From positions 1 through 34,830 of IMG/VR virus record IMGVR_UViG_3300045988_177761: 34,830 nucleotides of DNA. The stretch is one strand, 5' to 3'. The notes beneath the pieces are model-generated. The model did not search any database and was not told where the DNA came from. It saw nothing but the letters and a program-made list of their open reading frames with translations. Shown here piece by piece: positions 1 to 7,771 of this stretch. The DNA comes from a virus. Position 1 is the stretch's first letter; each line of letters starts with the position of its first letter. Made by a program: the position numbers and the translations under genes.

Positions 1-117
1 AAATCCCCCAATGCTTTGAATTCTCTTAATTCATGCCATTCAACCATGTGAGCAGCTTGTGTTCCAGTATCTTTAAACCAACATCTAAATTTTGGTGCCA
101 TTTTATCCCTCCATCCA
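1..117. repeat. Terminal direct repeat, identical to 34714..34830 (contig is circular, or assembly overlap of a concatemer).
   Basis: The first 117 nt and last 117 nt of the window are identical by direct comparison. The YopX-like ORF whose start is at 34812 is duplicated at the complement of 96..98. Confidence 0.9.
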
Positions 118-145
118 TGATATAATCGCCACAGGAGGCGATCGT

Positions 146-406
146 ATGAAAATTACTGTTGATGCACGTGCTGCTATGAAATCTGCTGCAGAATACGTTT
201 TAAATGATTTGGAGTGTCTACCAGTCGAACTTGAACTGACAGACGATCCAAACGACTTATTAAAAACTGCGTCCGATATTACTAGTGAATATCAAGACGA
301 GTTCTTTCGTTGTCTTGAAATGGAATTCAATTTTAGATTATTCCATAGTATTAGCGAACAACTTGCTGATAACGGAATTCATATTGTTCGCAAAGAAGAC
401 TCCTAG
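146..406 (+). CDS. Hypothetical protein (86 aa). The internal ATG at 146 is preferred over the ORF-track start at 92.
   Basis: AGGAGG lies 7 nt upstream of the ATG at 146 (cacaggaggcgatcgtATG). The 92 start has no RBS and sits inside the terminal repeat. Convergent with the minus-strand ORF 403..642. Confidence 0.45.
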   Translation: MKITVDARAAMKSAAEYVLNDLECLPVELELTDDPNDLLKTASDITSEYQDEFFRCLEMEFNFRLFHSISEQLADNGIHIVRKEDS

Positions 407-642
407 TGGGTCTTTTTTCCGTTATCGCTGACAGTCACTTCGAAAAGGCTGTCTAGATCATCAATGACATCTTCCACTGCATACATTGCGCCAATGGCTT
501 TTCCATACTGCAAAAGCCCATCGTCTGTAAGCTTTTTATTTTCAAATTCGGCAACTTCTAATCGTCTTCTCTTCAATCTGCGAATAAGGCTTTTTCTTAG
601 TTTTAAATATTTAACTTTGTCCACGTTTATCCCTCCATTCAT
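403..642 (-). CDS. Hypothetical basic protein (79 aa).
   Basis: ORF in the co-directional minus-strand early block. No recognisable motifs. Confidence 0.4.
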   Translation of the reverse strand: MNGGINVDKVKYLKLRKSLIRRLKRRRLEVAEFENKKLTDDGLLQYGKAIGAMYAVEDVIDDLDSLFEVTVSDNGKKTH

Positions 643-663
643 TTATCGCTTACGATTGCGGAA

Positions 664-1056
664 TTAATCGATAAACCTTATCAAGTCATGCTCATATAGC
701 GCTATTGTTCCATCGTTCATTTCTACTACTGCGTATAGGTTGGATCTTTCTCCATACTCGTTAGCAGCATATTCGGATATCCACTGATGAAATTTGCCTT
801 TTATTTCTGTGTCTGTGTATTCGCAACTAACGCAATACCGCACACTCGTTATTTCACTAAAAGCATGCTCTTCTTTCTTCTCTCGAATTACTACTGGTCT
901 GAGTTGCGGTTGCTTTAACATTTCCACCGCTTTGTTAAATTCACTAGCGGTATAGCTTTTCCCATCAACTATTATTGACGGTTCAATATCTATACTTTTA
1001 AAAGTCGCGCCACTGATTGTACCTGCAGTTATTTTGTGTTCTTCACTCACATTCAT
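664..1056 (-). CDS. Hypothetical protein (130 aa).
   Basis: ORF packed tightly with its neighbours. Its stop overlaps the upstream gene start (1053..1056). Confidence 0.5.
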   Translation of the reverse strand: MNVSEEHKITAGTISGATFKSIDIEPSIIVDGKSYTASEFNKAVEMLKQPQLRPVVIREKKEEHAFSEITSVRYCVSCEYTDTEIKGKFHQWISEYAANEYGERSNLYAVVEMNDGTIALYEHDLIRFID

Positions 1057-1283
1057 TCCTCGCTTTCTGCTATTTCCACTTCTTCCGCTGAAAGAAAACT
1101 AGCAAGACAATTTGCATCACAAAACATATTGTCAGTTCCATCTTCAAACTGGAAAAACTTAGCTATCATAAAATTGTCTCTAACCGTTAAATATGATTGA
1201 TTAGTCCATGCTCCATCATTGAACAATGCGTTGCCGCAATTAGCACAAGTGGCACTTTCTTTCTCAAAATTCGGATATACCAT
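1053..1283 (-). CDS. Hypothetical Cys-rich, zinc-finger-like protein (76 aa).
   Basis: CANCGN...C...C spacing suggests a small zinc-binding protein. Operon context. Confidence 0.45.
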   Translation of the reverse strand: MVYPNFEKESATCANCGNALFNDGAWTNQSYLTVRDNFMIAKFFQFEDGTDNMFCDANCLASFLSAEEVEIAESEE

Positions 1284-1300
1284 AATCTTTTTCCTTTCTG

Positions 1301-2059
1301 CTATTTCGTCGGATTGACAACTCTTTCTATTTCCATAATTGCCGCAAAAATTGGGAAAGCTTGTTGCGGCACTACAGCATTCCCTAATGATTTAACTCGG
1401 TCCACTTGATCGGGAATCCCATTATAAGCTCGGCATAATCTGGGTTGATATACTGCGGATCTTCGATTGATTTCCTCAAAGCTTCTTGCGTGAAACTCCC
1501 GCGATAATTCTCCCCCCCAAGGTATCTGGATCTCGCTGCACCTTTCCACATCGATGCCGTAGGAGTTGGCAACAATGAATGTTCTAAGCCTTTGATGTTC
1601 GGCACCGACGGCCAAAGCTGGAAGTACAAACGTTGTTGTTTGGTAATCGAAGTTTTCCAGGTCAGATATCGTACGGTCGAGTTCCATATTGGCGAAGTTA
1701 GCAACATTTTCTCCAACAACCCAATTGGGCCTGAGTTCTTCGACAACTCTAGACATTTCTGGCCAGAGATCACGGTCATCTTCTTTGCCTTTTTGCTCCC
1801 CGGATACACTGTAAGGTTGGCAAGGGAATCCTCCGTGAATAAGCTCAATTGTTCTGTTTCGATCGATAACCCCTTCTTTCTCTAATGCTGCTCTATTGAG
1901 ATCCTTAACATCTTTAAAGATTGGCACATTAGGCCAATGCTTATTTAAAACTTTTCTGGGGAAATCAGCATATTCGCAGAATGCTACAGTTTCAATACCT
2001 GCCCATTCTGCTGCTAAATCAATGCCGCCAATCCCTGAAAAAAGAGATAATGCTCTCAC
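1301..2059 (-). CDS. DNA (cytosine-5)-methyltransferase, short orphan form (252 aa).
   Basis: Motif I LSLFSGIGG, motif IV GFPCQPYS, motif VI ENV, motif VIII QRLRTFIVA and C-terminal GNAV are all present. The target-recognition region is very short. No restriction endonuclease gene is nearby. Confidence 0.85.
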   Translation of the reverse strand: MRALSLFSGIGGIDLAAEWAGIETVAFCEYADFPRKVLNKHWPNVPIFKDVKDLNRAALEKEGVIDRNRTIELIHGGFPCQPYSVSGEQKGKEDDRDLWPEMSRVVEELRPNWVVGENVANFANMELDRTISDLENFDYQTTTFVLPALAVGAEHQRLRTFIVANSYGIDVERCSEIQIPWGGELSREFHARSFEEINRRSAVYQPRLCRAYNGIPDQVDRVKSLGNAVVPQQAFPIFAAIMEIERVVNPTK

Positions 2060-2093
2060 CAGCTCCCCTCCATTCTTTTATATCTTCCGTTTA

Positions 2094-3158
2094 CTAACTC
2101 ACAAATTTTTGATGCGACAACTTGAGTTCTTCATCGCCAATCATGGAATATTTCAACGTTGTGTCGATTGATTCATGTCCCAAGAAGTTCATCACCAGTT
2201 CGATCGGCATTCCATGTCTTCTAGCCATAGTAGCTGCAGTGCGTCTAAATCTATGTGGATGGACGTTTGCTACACCTGCACGATCACCTAATCGTTTGAC
2301 TAATTTTTGTACACCTGCAACAGTCATCTGTCGTCCTTTGTATTTACCATAGAAAATAGGTCCAACCTCATGTGGTACTTTTAGCAAATAGTTTTCCAGT
2401 GCCATCTTAGCTTTGGCATTGAGATAAAGAACCCTTTGCTTATTACCTTTACCTATAACAGTGATGGAATCATTTTCCTTGTTGTAATCTTTAAAACTTA
2501 GTGAAACCAATTCTGATACTCGACAGCCCGTACTTAATAGCAACTCAATTATCAATACTTCCCTTGGCTTCATCGCCGCTGATCGGATTTTTTCGACTTC
2601 AAATTCACTAAACTCCTGTTTCCTACGCTTAGGTACCTTGATGTTTTCTACCCTCGCCCCCGGATCCCTAGTAATATACTCTTCTGTATATAACCATTTG
2701 AAGAAACGGACAATACAGCCCCGTTCTCTAGCAAGAGTGCCTTTACTGACTTTGTCTATCATCTCCCTATTTGCAATAAACAACCTTATGTCATTTGTGC
2801 CCACTTCTTTATATGGTTTTCGCACAGTCCTCATAAAAAGATCGATTGTCTGCATGTAAAGATTTAAGGTACCTTTTGAAAGACCTTGTATTTTCTTTGA
2901 TACAAAAAACTGCTTATAAGCGGCAACATCAGATGTTTCATCATAAATAACCATTTCATTTCGTTGCTCAATAATTGAGTACTTAGAACATTCAACCGTT
3001 AGAATGTTTTTCAATCCCTTCAACTGTGAGCCATCGAACTCTTTTTCAACTTCAAGTAAAATTTTATTGATCAACTTCTCTTGCAATGGCATCACTCCAA
3101 TCTTTATAACGATATGTTCGTCCTTGTTTATCTTCATGACCATAATGCAATAGATCAC
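2094..3158 (-). CDS. Tyrosine site-specific recombinase, XerC/XerD-like. The likely true start is the internal Met near 3092.
   Basis: C-terminal catalytic signatures HPHRFRRTAAT and LGHESIDTTLKY (R..HxxR..Y). Lies in the replication block, not in the lysogeny module. Confidence 0.85.
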   Translation of the reverse strand: MIYCIMVMKINKDEHIVIKIGVMPLQEKLINKILLEVEKEFDGSQLKGLKNILTVECSKYSIIEQRNEMVIYDETSDVAAYKQFFVSKKIQGLSKGTLNLYMQTIDLFMRTVRKPYKEVGTNDIRLFIANREMIDKVSKGTLARERGCIVRFFKWLYTEEYITRDPGARVENIKVPKRRKQEFSEFEVEKIRSAAMKPREVLIIELLLSTGCRVSELVSLSFKDYNKENDSITVIGKGNKQRVLYLNAKAKMALENYLLKVPHEVGPIFYGKYKGRQMTVAGVQKLVKRLGDRAGVANVHPHRFRRTAATMARRHGMPIELVMNFLGHESIDTTLKYSMIGDEELKLSHQKFVS

Positions 3159-3441
3159 TCATCGTTCGATTTGCTTTTTTACACTTCCGACATACGTCTT
3201 TCCGAGTACCTGTAAAAATCACTTCGCCTTTGTACAGCACTTCTACAATTCGCAAATGGGATTGCTCCCCTCTCCATAGCTCAACTCGCAATGCTTCCCG
3301 CTCTTCCTCAATTACTGGATCAATCTCTTGATCATCAAGGTTAGAAAGATAAAGCAATCGTTGTAATTTCAAAGCACGCTCTCGATTACGCTTCTTTTTT
3401 TCACGCTCTTTCTGCTTCATCGCTCGCTGGTTCTGGTTCAT
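3064..3441 (-). CDS. Hypothetical Lys/Arg-rich protein (125 aa, start at the MNQNQ Met).
   Basis: GGAG lies 6 nt upstream of the ATG at complement 3439..3441. The N-terminal extension given in the ORF track lacks an RBS. CRKCKK Cys pair. Confidence 0.4.
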   Translation of the reverse strand: MNQNQRAMKQKEREKKKRNRERALKLQRLLYLSNLDDQEIDPVIEEEREALRVELWRGEQSHLRIVEVLYKGEVIFTGTRKDVCRKCKKANRTMSDLLHYGHEDKQGRTYRYKDWSDAIAREVDQ

Positions 3442-3703
3442 CTTGATCTCCTCCTGCATCTGCTGGCATAAACACATATTCATAAGGCTCCCACTGCTTA
3501 TTTCCAAGAAGGCGGTAATATTTACCTGAAAGCGTAATAATAAAATGATAGGTATCTGCCCTTTCTGGAACATAACATCTTGCATAGTATTGACGGTAAT
3601 TCTTGGGATTGTTAGAAAAATACTCAACCGTCCATCCTCGTATCTTGCAAAACATGGTGAATTCGACACGTGCTACTTTGAAACTGGTTATTCTTTCATC
3701 CAT
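3401..3703 (-). CDS. Hypothetical protein (100 aa, start at MDERI).
   Basis: ATG at complement 3701..3703 with a GGTGA SD-like sequence. Start is adjacent to the RecU stop. Confidence 0.35.
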   Translation of the reverse strand: MDERITSFKVARVEFTMFCKIRGWTVEYFSNNPKNYRQYYARCYVPERADTYHFIITLSGKYYRLLGNKQWEPYEYVFMPADAGGDQDEPEPASDEAERA

Positions 3704-3707
3704 AGGA

Positions 3708-4208
3708 TCACCAATTCGTTTTATTAAGAAAATCAATGTAGCCCGGCGTAGCAACCTGATATTCTTCCAACTCTTCTTCAAGAATGTACTGACGGCCATA
3801 TTTTGCTTTCATGTTCTGCCAATCACTCCATGGGATAAACCCAACGGTCTTTTTGATCATGCAACAAACACCTGCCATCGCTCCTAATTTTTGATGGAGA
3901 TCCAACAAGGCCGCCTGATTTTGTGTGATCACTGATTTTTTTAATCGATTCGTTGTGGTCATCTTTGCTTCAAAAACAATGGCACGTCCATCCCAGAGAG
4001 TGCCTTTATAATCTGGTTGAGCTTTACCAATCGGATAAACGATCATGCTGCCATCGCTGATTATTTTCTTAACACGAAACGGTTCAGGCGTTTTTTCAAT
4101 TAAAGCAATTTCTTTTGTTCTGTAGTACCAACAACCTTGATCAATCATTTTTTCAAAGATATCGCCCAAATCATTGTTGACTCTATTTTGGTATTTTCTT
4201 GAAGACAT
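3708..4208 (-). CDS. recU: RecU-type Holliday junction resolvase.
   Basis: Segment DYKGTLWDGRAIVFEAKMT matches the RecU catalytic core (DYxGxxxGRxIxFEAK). Size of 166 aa fits. Confidence 0.7.
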   Translation of the reverse strand: MSSRKYQNRVNNDLGDIFEKMIDQGCWYYRTKEIALIEKTPEPFRVKKIISDGSMIVYPIGKAQPDYKGTLWDGRAIVFEAKMTTTNRLKKSVITQNQAALLDLHQKLGAMAGVCCMIKKTVGFIPWSDWQNMKAKYGRQYILEEELEEYQVATPGYIDFLNKTNW

Positions 4209-4590
4209 CGTTTCTACCTACTTTCTTCATTAGTTCAGTAATGAATCCTTCTTTGTCGTTTTGCCCAAATGTATCTAATGTTCTTCGGTAAATGCGCTCA
4301 TAATGTGCTTTATCTTCAAAACAAACGAATTGTGAATACCGATCACTCTTAACTATTCCTGTGTATGCTGAATGATCATTTAACTTGTTTGATGCAGCAT
4401 CGCAAATTTGCTGATTTTGAAGAAACCGGATTTCCTTTTCTTCTGATTTGATTTCCAATGTTTTAATACATGGAGAAAATTTCCCTTTGTTTTGATCATC
4501 AATGTTTAACATCAAAAAGACTTCCTGCATCATGTCGATACAATCTGATTTATCAAAGCAGGCGACCAGATACGTTTGTTTACTTTCCAT
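4183..4590 (-). CDS. Hypothetical protein (135 aa).
   Basis: ORF in the replication operon. No motifs recognised. Confidence 0.4.
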   Translation of the reverse strand: MESKQTYLVACFDKSDCIDMMQEVFLMLNIDDQNKGKFSPCIKTLEIKSEEKEIRFLQNQQICDAASNKLNDHSAYTGIVKSDRYSQFVCFEDKAHYERIYRRTLDTFGQNDKEGFITELMKKVGRNDVFKKIPK

Positions 4591-4604
4591 TTCTACCTCT
4601 TTCT

Positions 4605-5429
4605 CTATCCATCATCATTTCTGAACAGTTCGATTTTGAAATACCACCCACGATCCTCATCGTAGATTTTCAATATATCTCCTAAAATCCGGTATTGAGG
4701 AAACCTCTTAAGAATTTCCTCTGCTCCATCATCGTTGGACATACCTAATTTATTTAGTTTTCTAAATGACCAATAATCATCGTTCGTTGTTTCGTGTGGC
4801 TCTTTAAGGTTTCGACTCTTGGACCATCGCTTTTGACCTTTCTTCCACTGACGATTTTCCCATTTCTCTTGACCAGTTAAATAATTGACCAAGCCTTGCA
4901 TCCCATCTGAATCGTATTGAATGTTTTGCACTTGCCTTCGACCAAGAGGCTGCTTCTTCTTTCCTCGTCCTTTAGACCAAATACTCTCGATTGCATCCCG
5001 TGATGGTCCATTGTTTAAAACGATATGGTGATGGATTCGAGTGATATAGCCTACTTCCTCATCGTATTGATAAGAGGTAAACCACATGTACTTGAGTTCG
5101 AACCCTTCTTTCTCATAGAGCCTTTTTAGTTTTTTCAAAGTGTTTTCTTGATCACGCTTTGCATCAGCAGGCTTTTCAGGCAGAAATTGATCAGAATAAG
5201 TGAAGGTTGCATAGTAATCTTTTTCTCCAAAGTTTGCATATAGGAACAAAGCAGCCTTTCTTTTACTTTGGGTTTGATTCCATCTTGCTTGAGATAAGCC
5301 AGTTACTTTCTTTCTCCTACCTCTGGGTTCTCTGCATTTTCGTTCTTGCTCGATCGTCCTACTGTAAAGTCGGATTTCTTTATATGGTCCAGCTTCTACT
5401 CTGCGTTCTCTAACAAATGATTTCTTCAT
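4605..5429 (-). CDS. Putative rolling-circle replication initiator (HUH endonuclease superfamily), 274 aa from the MKKSF Met.
   Basis: RIHHHIVL (HUH-like), FTYSD (RCR motif 1-like) and NYLTGQEK (Tyr motif-like). GGGGTG SD lies 6 nt upstream of the ATG at complement 5427..5429. Basic N-terminus. Confidence 0.55.
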   Translation of the reverse strand: MKKSFVRERRVEAGPYKEIRLYSRTIEQERKCREPRGRRKKVTGLSQARWNQTQSKRKAALFLYANFGEKDYYATFTYSDQFLPEKPADAKRDQENTLKKLKRLYEKEGFELKYMWFTSYQYDEEVGYITRIHHHIVLNNGPSRDAIESIWSKGRGKKKQPLGRRQVQNIQYDSDGMQGLVNYLTGQEKWENRQWKKGQKRWSKSRNLKEPHETTNDDYWSFRKLNKLGMSNDDGAEEILKRFPQYRILGDILKIYDEDRGWYFKIELFRNDDG

Positions 5430-5509
5430 GACAAACACCCCAGAATTTTCTACGTCCGTTAAGTTAGTATCTAATACAAGGACGATAAAACGCCGAAATA
5501 GCAGCGTTT

Positions 5510-5600
5510 TTTGCAAAAATAGTCTGAGGATGGTATACTTATCTTGTCAGGGAATAAGTTATACCATTCTCAGAAGTCGCCAATTTTGGCGGCTTTTTTT
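5510..5600 (+). ncRNA. Candidate small antisense RNA (countertranscript) in the rep leader: promoter, hairpin and T-run.
   Basis: TTGCAA (5510..5515), 18 nt spacer, extended -10 TGgTATACT (5531..5539). A GTCGCC/GGCGGC hairpin followed by T7 lies at 5575..5600. There is no plus-strand ORF with an RBS. Confidence 0.35.
5523..5573. repeat. Imperfect 20-bp inverted repeat (tctgaggatggtatacttat / ataagttataccattctcaga) upstream of rep.
   Basis: 18 of 20 positions are complementary by direct reading, with a 10-nt spacer. Candidate double-strand origin or operator, or a terminator of the upstream 73-aa gene. Confidence 0.6.
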
Positions 5601-5820
5601 ATTGTTCTGAAAACTGGAAAAGAACCTTTTCTTCGGTTGGTTTTCCCAGATGAAAAATATGGTGATACAGAGTCCTTCCGCGCAACTGAAATGTTTCTAC
5701 TCTACCTCGTTCAGTCTTCGCTTCAATACTGTATACATAATTCTCGCCACGTTTTCTCATACGAACCTGCATCACAATTGCAGGCATCTTTTCCAAATAT
5801 TCGATCGCCTTCGACAACAT
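5599..5820 (-). CDS. Hypothetical protein (73 aa).
   Basis: AGGTGATG SD before the ATG. Operon context. Confidence 0.4.
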   Translation of the reverse strand: MLSKAIEYLEKMPAIVMQVRMRKRGENYVYSIEAKTERGRVETFQLRGRTLYHHIFHLGKPTEEKVLFQFSEQ

Positions 5821-5838
5821 TTACATCACCTGCAGCTT

Positions 5839-6093
5839 TCACTCATATTGGATTCCGCCCTTTTTAACCAGATCCGGTAACAAATTTGGGATGGCCATTT
5901 GTAACTTTTGAAACTGATCATCTGAAACAACGAAATATAAAGCAATCGTTGGTGTCTCATCGCTATCAAATGAACGATCCTCTACTTCACATGTCGATTC
6001 AAACTTATTCCAGATAATCGACTTAATTTTTTGAGTGTATGGCTTAACATACATTCGATTAGTAGTGAAAATAATTTCTCTTTCTTTAAACAT
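5839..6093 (-). CDS. Hypothetical protein (84 aa).
   Basis: A strong GGAGGA RBS lies 7 nt upstream. Confidence 0.45.
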   Translation of the reverse strand: MFKEREIIFTTNRMYVKPYTQKIKSIIWNKFESTCEVEDRSFDSDETPTIALYFVVSDDQFQKLQMAIPNLLPDLVKKGGIQYE

Positions 6094-6328
6094 CTAGTTA
6101 TCCTCCAATCATTAATAGGAAACAAATAGCTAACAAAATACCGTTTAACAATAAGCTGGCATAAGCAATCCCTTGTAATTGACGTGCTTTATACAATGGA
6201 TTTTCATGGAGCGTAGCTAACCATTTCTTATTCACAAAATCACCACTTCCCCGTTTAAGTTAAATTTTTAGCGATTAGTCATTTTTAAATCCTTTTAGTG
6301 TATAATCTCCTTAGAGGAGGTGAAAAAT

Positions 6329-6466
6329 ATGACTTATACTACCGGAGAAAAACCCGGAAAAGGAACGTATACTTGTAAATCTTGTGGTCAAAAAGTAACT
6401 CTTGATGATCACACGGACACGCTTCCACCGTGCCCGCGCTGTGATGGCTCAACCTATACGAAATAA
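6329..6466 (+). CDS. Small zinc-ribbon protein (45 aa, CxxC...CxxC).
   Basis: AGAGGAGGTG RBS 6 nt before the ATG at 6329. Translation is MTYTTGEKPGKGTYTCKSCGQKV...CPRCDGSTYTK. A TATAAT-like -10 lies upstream. It is below the 60-aa cutoff of the ORF track. Confidence 0.5.
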   Translation: MTYTTGEKPGKGTYTCKSCGQKVTLDDHTDTLPPCPRCDGSTYTK

Positions 6467-6476
6467 CTTTTCCTTG

Positions 6477-6504
6477 GCGGCTTGCACCTAAGCTGCCTTT
6501 TTAT
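6477..6504 (+). terminator. Rho-independent terminator after the zinc-ribbon gene.
   Basis: GGCGGCTT..AAGCTGCC stem followed by TTTTT. Confidence 0.55.
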
Positions 6505-6616
6505 GTTTTACGAAGTAACATTTTCCAAATAACATCATCCATCTACATGTGAATTTACCTTCTTTTGTAGAATATTTTGTCCTGAAAATTCCTGTTTTCA
6601 TTCTTCTCACTTCCTT

Positions 6617-6943
6617 TCAATCTGACATGATATTTGCCCAGTTTTCTTGCAAATACTTTGCCATTTCTAAAGCATTGAATTTCCAAGGGTTCCCTTTGCC
6701 TTTTGAGTAACGAACAAAACCGCCGTTCCTGACATCTAGTATCTCTCTGTTTGGATAAAGGATTTTTTCTTTTATCCAATCTTCGTCAGTAGTTTGCAGC
6801 CGTTCCTTAAGATCATCCATTGTCCATGTTTGACCCATCAAATCTTTTTTCTTTAATGATTCATATTCTTCAATCTCCACAACTTTTAAATGTGAAGGTA
6901 TTAAAATTTGAATAGGGGTATTGATTTCAATGGTTTGAGACAT
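6617..6943 (-). CDS. Hypothetical protein (108 aa) immediately downstream of cro.
   Basis: AGAGGTGG RBS. Confidence 0.5.
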   Translation of the reverse strand: MSQTIEINTPIQILIPSHLKVVEIEEYESLKKKDLMGQTWTMDDLKERLQTTDEDWIKEKILYPNREILDVRNGGFVRYSKGKGNPWKFNALEMAKYLQENWANIMSD

Positions 6944-6976
6944 GAATATTCCACCTCTTTCACAAAAACGTTCCCG

Positions 6977-7195
6977 TTAGAGAACGTTTTTCTTAAAAAA
7001 AATAATCAAACTATCAGGACTATATCCTAAAATATCTGCCATTTTTACCAGTTCATTTGCTCCAATAGCGACAATTCCATTTTCTCTCTTAGCATATGGT
7101 GTTCTAGTTTTCCATCCCATCAATTCCGCCATTTGATCTTGAGTTAATCCTTTTGCCACTCTTTCTGCCTTCAATCGTTGCAAATCAATAGTCAT
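6977..7195 (-). CDS. cro: Cro-like HTH (XRE family) transcriptional regulator, 72 aa from MTIDL.
   Basis: HTH segment GLTQDQMAELMGW. GGAGGTGA lies 8 nt upstream of the ATG at complement 7193..7195. Divergent from the cI-like gene. Confidence 0.7.
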   Translation of the reverse strand: MTIDLQRLKAERVAKGLTQDQMAELMGWKTRTPYAKRENGIVAIGANELVKMADILGYSPDSLIIFFKKNVL

Positions 7196-7339
7196 AATCA
7201 ACTCACCTCCGTTCCCGTTCGAGTACAACACAAATATAAACCAATCGTTCCCGATTGTCAACAAATAAAAATATAATATTCATATTGTATCCATTTGGGA
7301 ACGGTGGTATAATTAATCTATTAAGAACGGAGTGATAAT
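7196..7339. promoter_or_regulatory. Genetic switch region with divergent promoters and repeated GTTCCCG/CGGGAAC operator motifs.
   Basis: Leftward promoter TTGACA (rc of 7256..7261), 17 nt, TATATT (rc of 7233..7238). Rightward promoter TTGTAT (7285..7290), 17 nt, TATAAT (7308..7313). Operator-like copies at 7210..7221, 7246..7256 and 7297..7304 (inverted), plus a partial copy at 7326..7331. Confidence 0.6.
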
Positions 7340-7771
7340 TTGAGGAGTAATGATGAAATTATCGATTTGTTAAATTCGATACGAATAGATAAACAAATAT
7401 CAATAAGCGAACTAGCGAGAAGAGTCGGAATGGCAAAATCTGCTATTTCTAGATACTTCAACAAAACAAGAGAATTTCCTTTAAATAGAGTTGAGGATTT
7501 TGCTAGAGCATTAGGAGTATCTTCTGAATTCATTTTAGGTTTTGAAGAAAGCCAGCAGCCTTCAACAATAGAATCTATTTATAATAAACTTGATTTAGCA
7601 CGAAAAGAGCGGGTTTATAAATTTGCTGAAGATCAATTAAAAGAACAGAAAAAAGAAGCTTTCACAATTGCAGCTCACTCTGACGATCATAATAGGAAGT
7701 TATCTAAAAAAGAATTTGAAGATCTAAATCTATATTTAGATGAAGCAGATAAAAAATTTGATGACAAGTAG
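7340..7771 (+). CDS. cI-like phage repressor (XRE-family HTH, no S24 peptidase domain). TTG start.
   Basis: N-terminal HTH ISISELARRVGMAKSAISRY. GGAG lies 7 nt before the TTG at 7340. The in-frame alternative ATG at 7353 is out of frame with the ORF. Confidence 0.7.
   Translation: MRSNDEIIDLLNSIRIDKQISISELARRVGMAKSAISRYFNKTREFPLNRVEDFARALGVSSEFILGFEESQQPSTIESIYNKLDLARKERVYKFAEDQLKEQKKEAFTIAAHSDDHNRKLSKKEFEDLNLYLDEADKKFDDK

Noticed and set aside
92-145. N-terminal extension of the first plus-strand ORF (start at 92).
   Set aside because: No RBS, and it lies in the repeated junction segment. The ATG at 146 has a canonical AGGAGG.
1384-1848. 154-aa minus-strand ORF and 97-aa plus-strand ORF (1592..1885) nested inside the methyltransferase gene.
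   Set aside because: Alternative frames and antisense of a gene whose translation carries all the C5-MTase motifs. No RBS. Judged spurious.
3442-3669. N-terminal 76-aa extension of ORF 3064..3669 overlapping ORF 3401..3799.
   Set aside because: Low-complexity translation without an RBS. The shorter start with GGAG is preferred.
5430-5516. N-terminal 29-aa extension of the Rep ORF (MQKTLLFRRF...).
   Set aside because: Hydrophobic junk-like sequence with no SD. The MKKSF start has GGGGTG at the right spacing.
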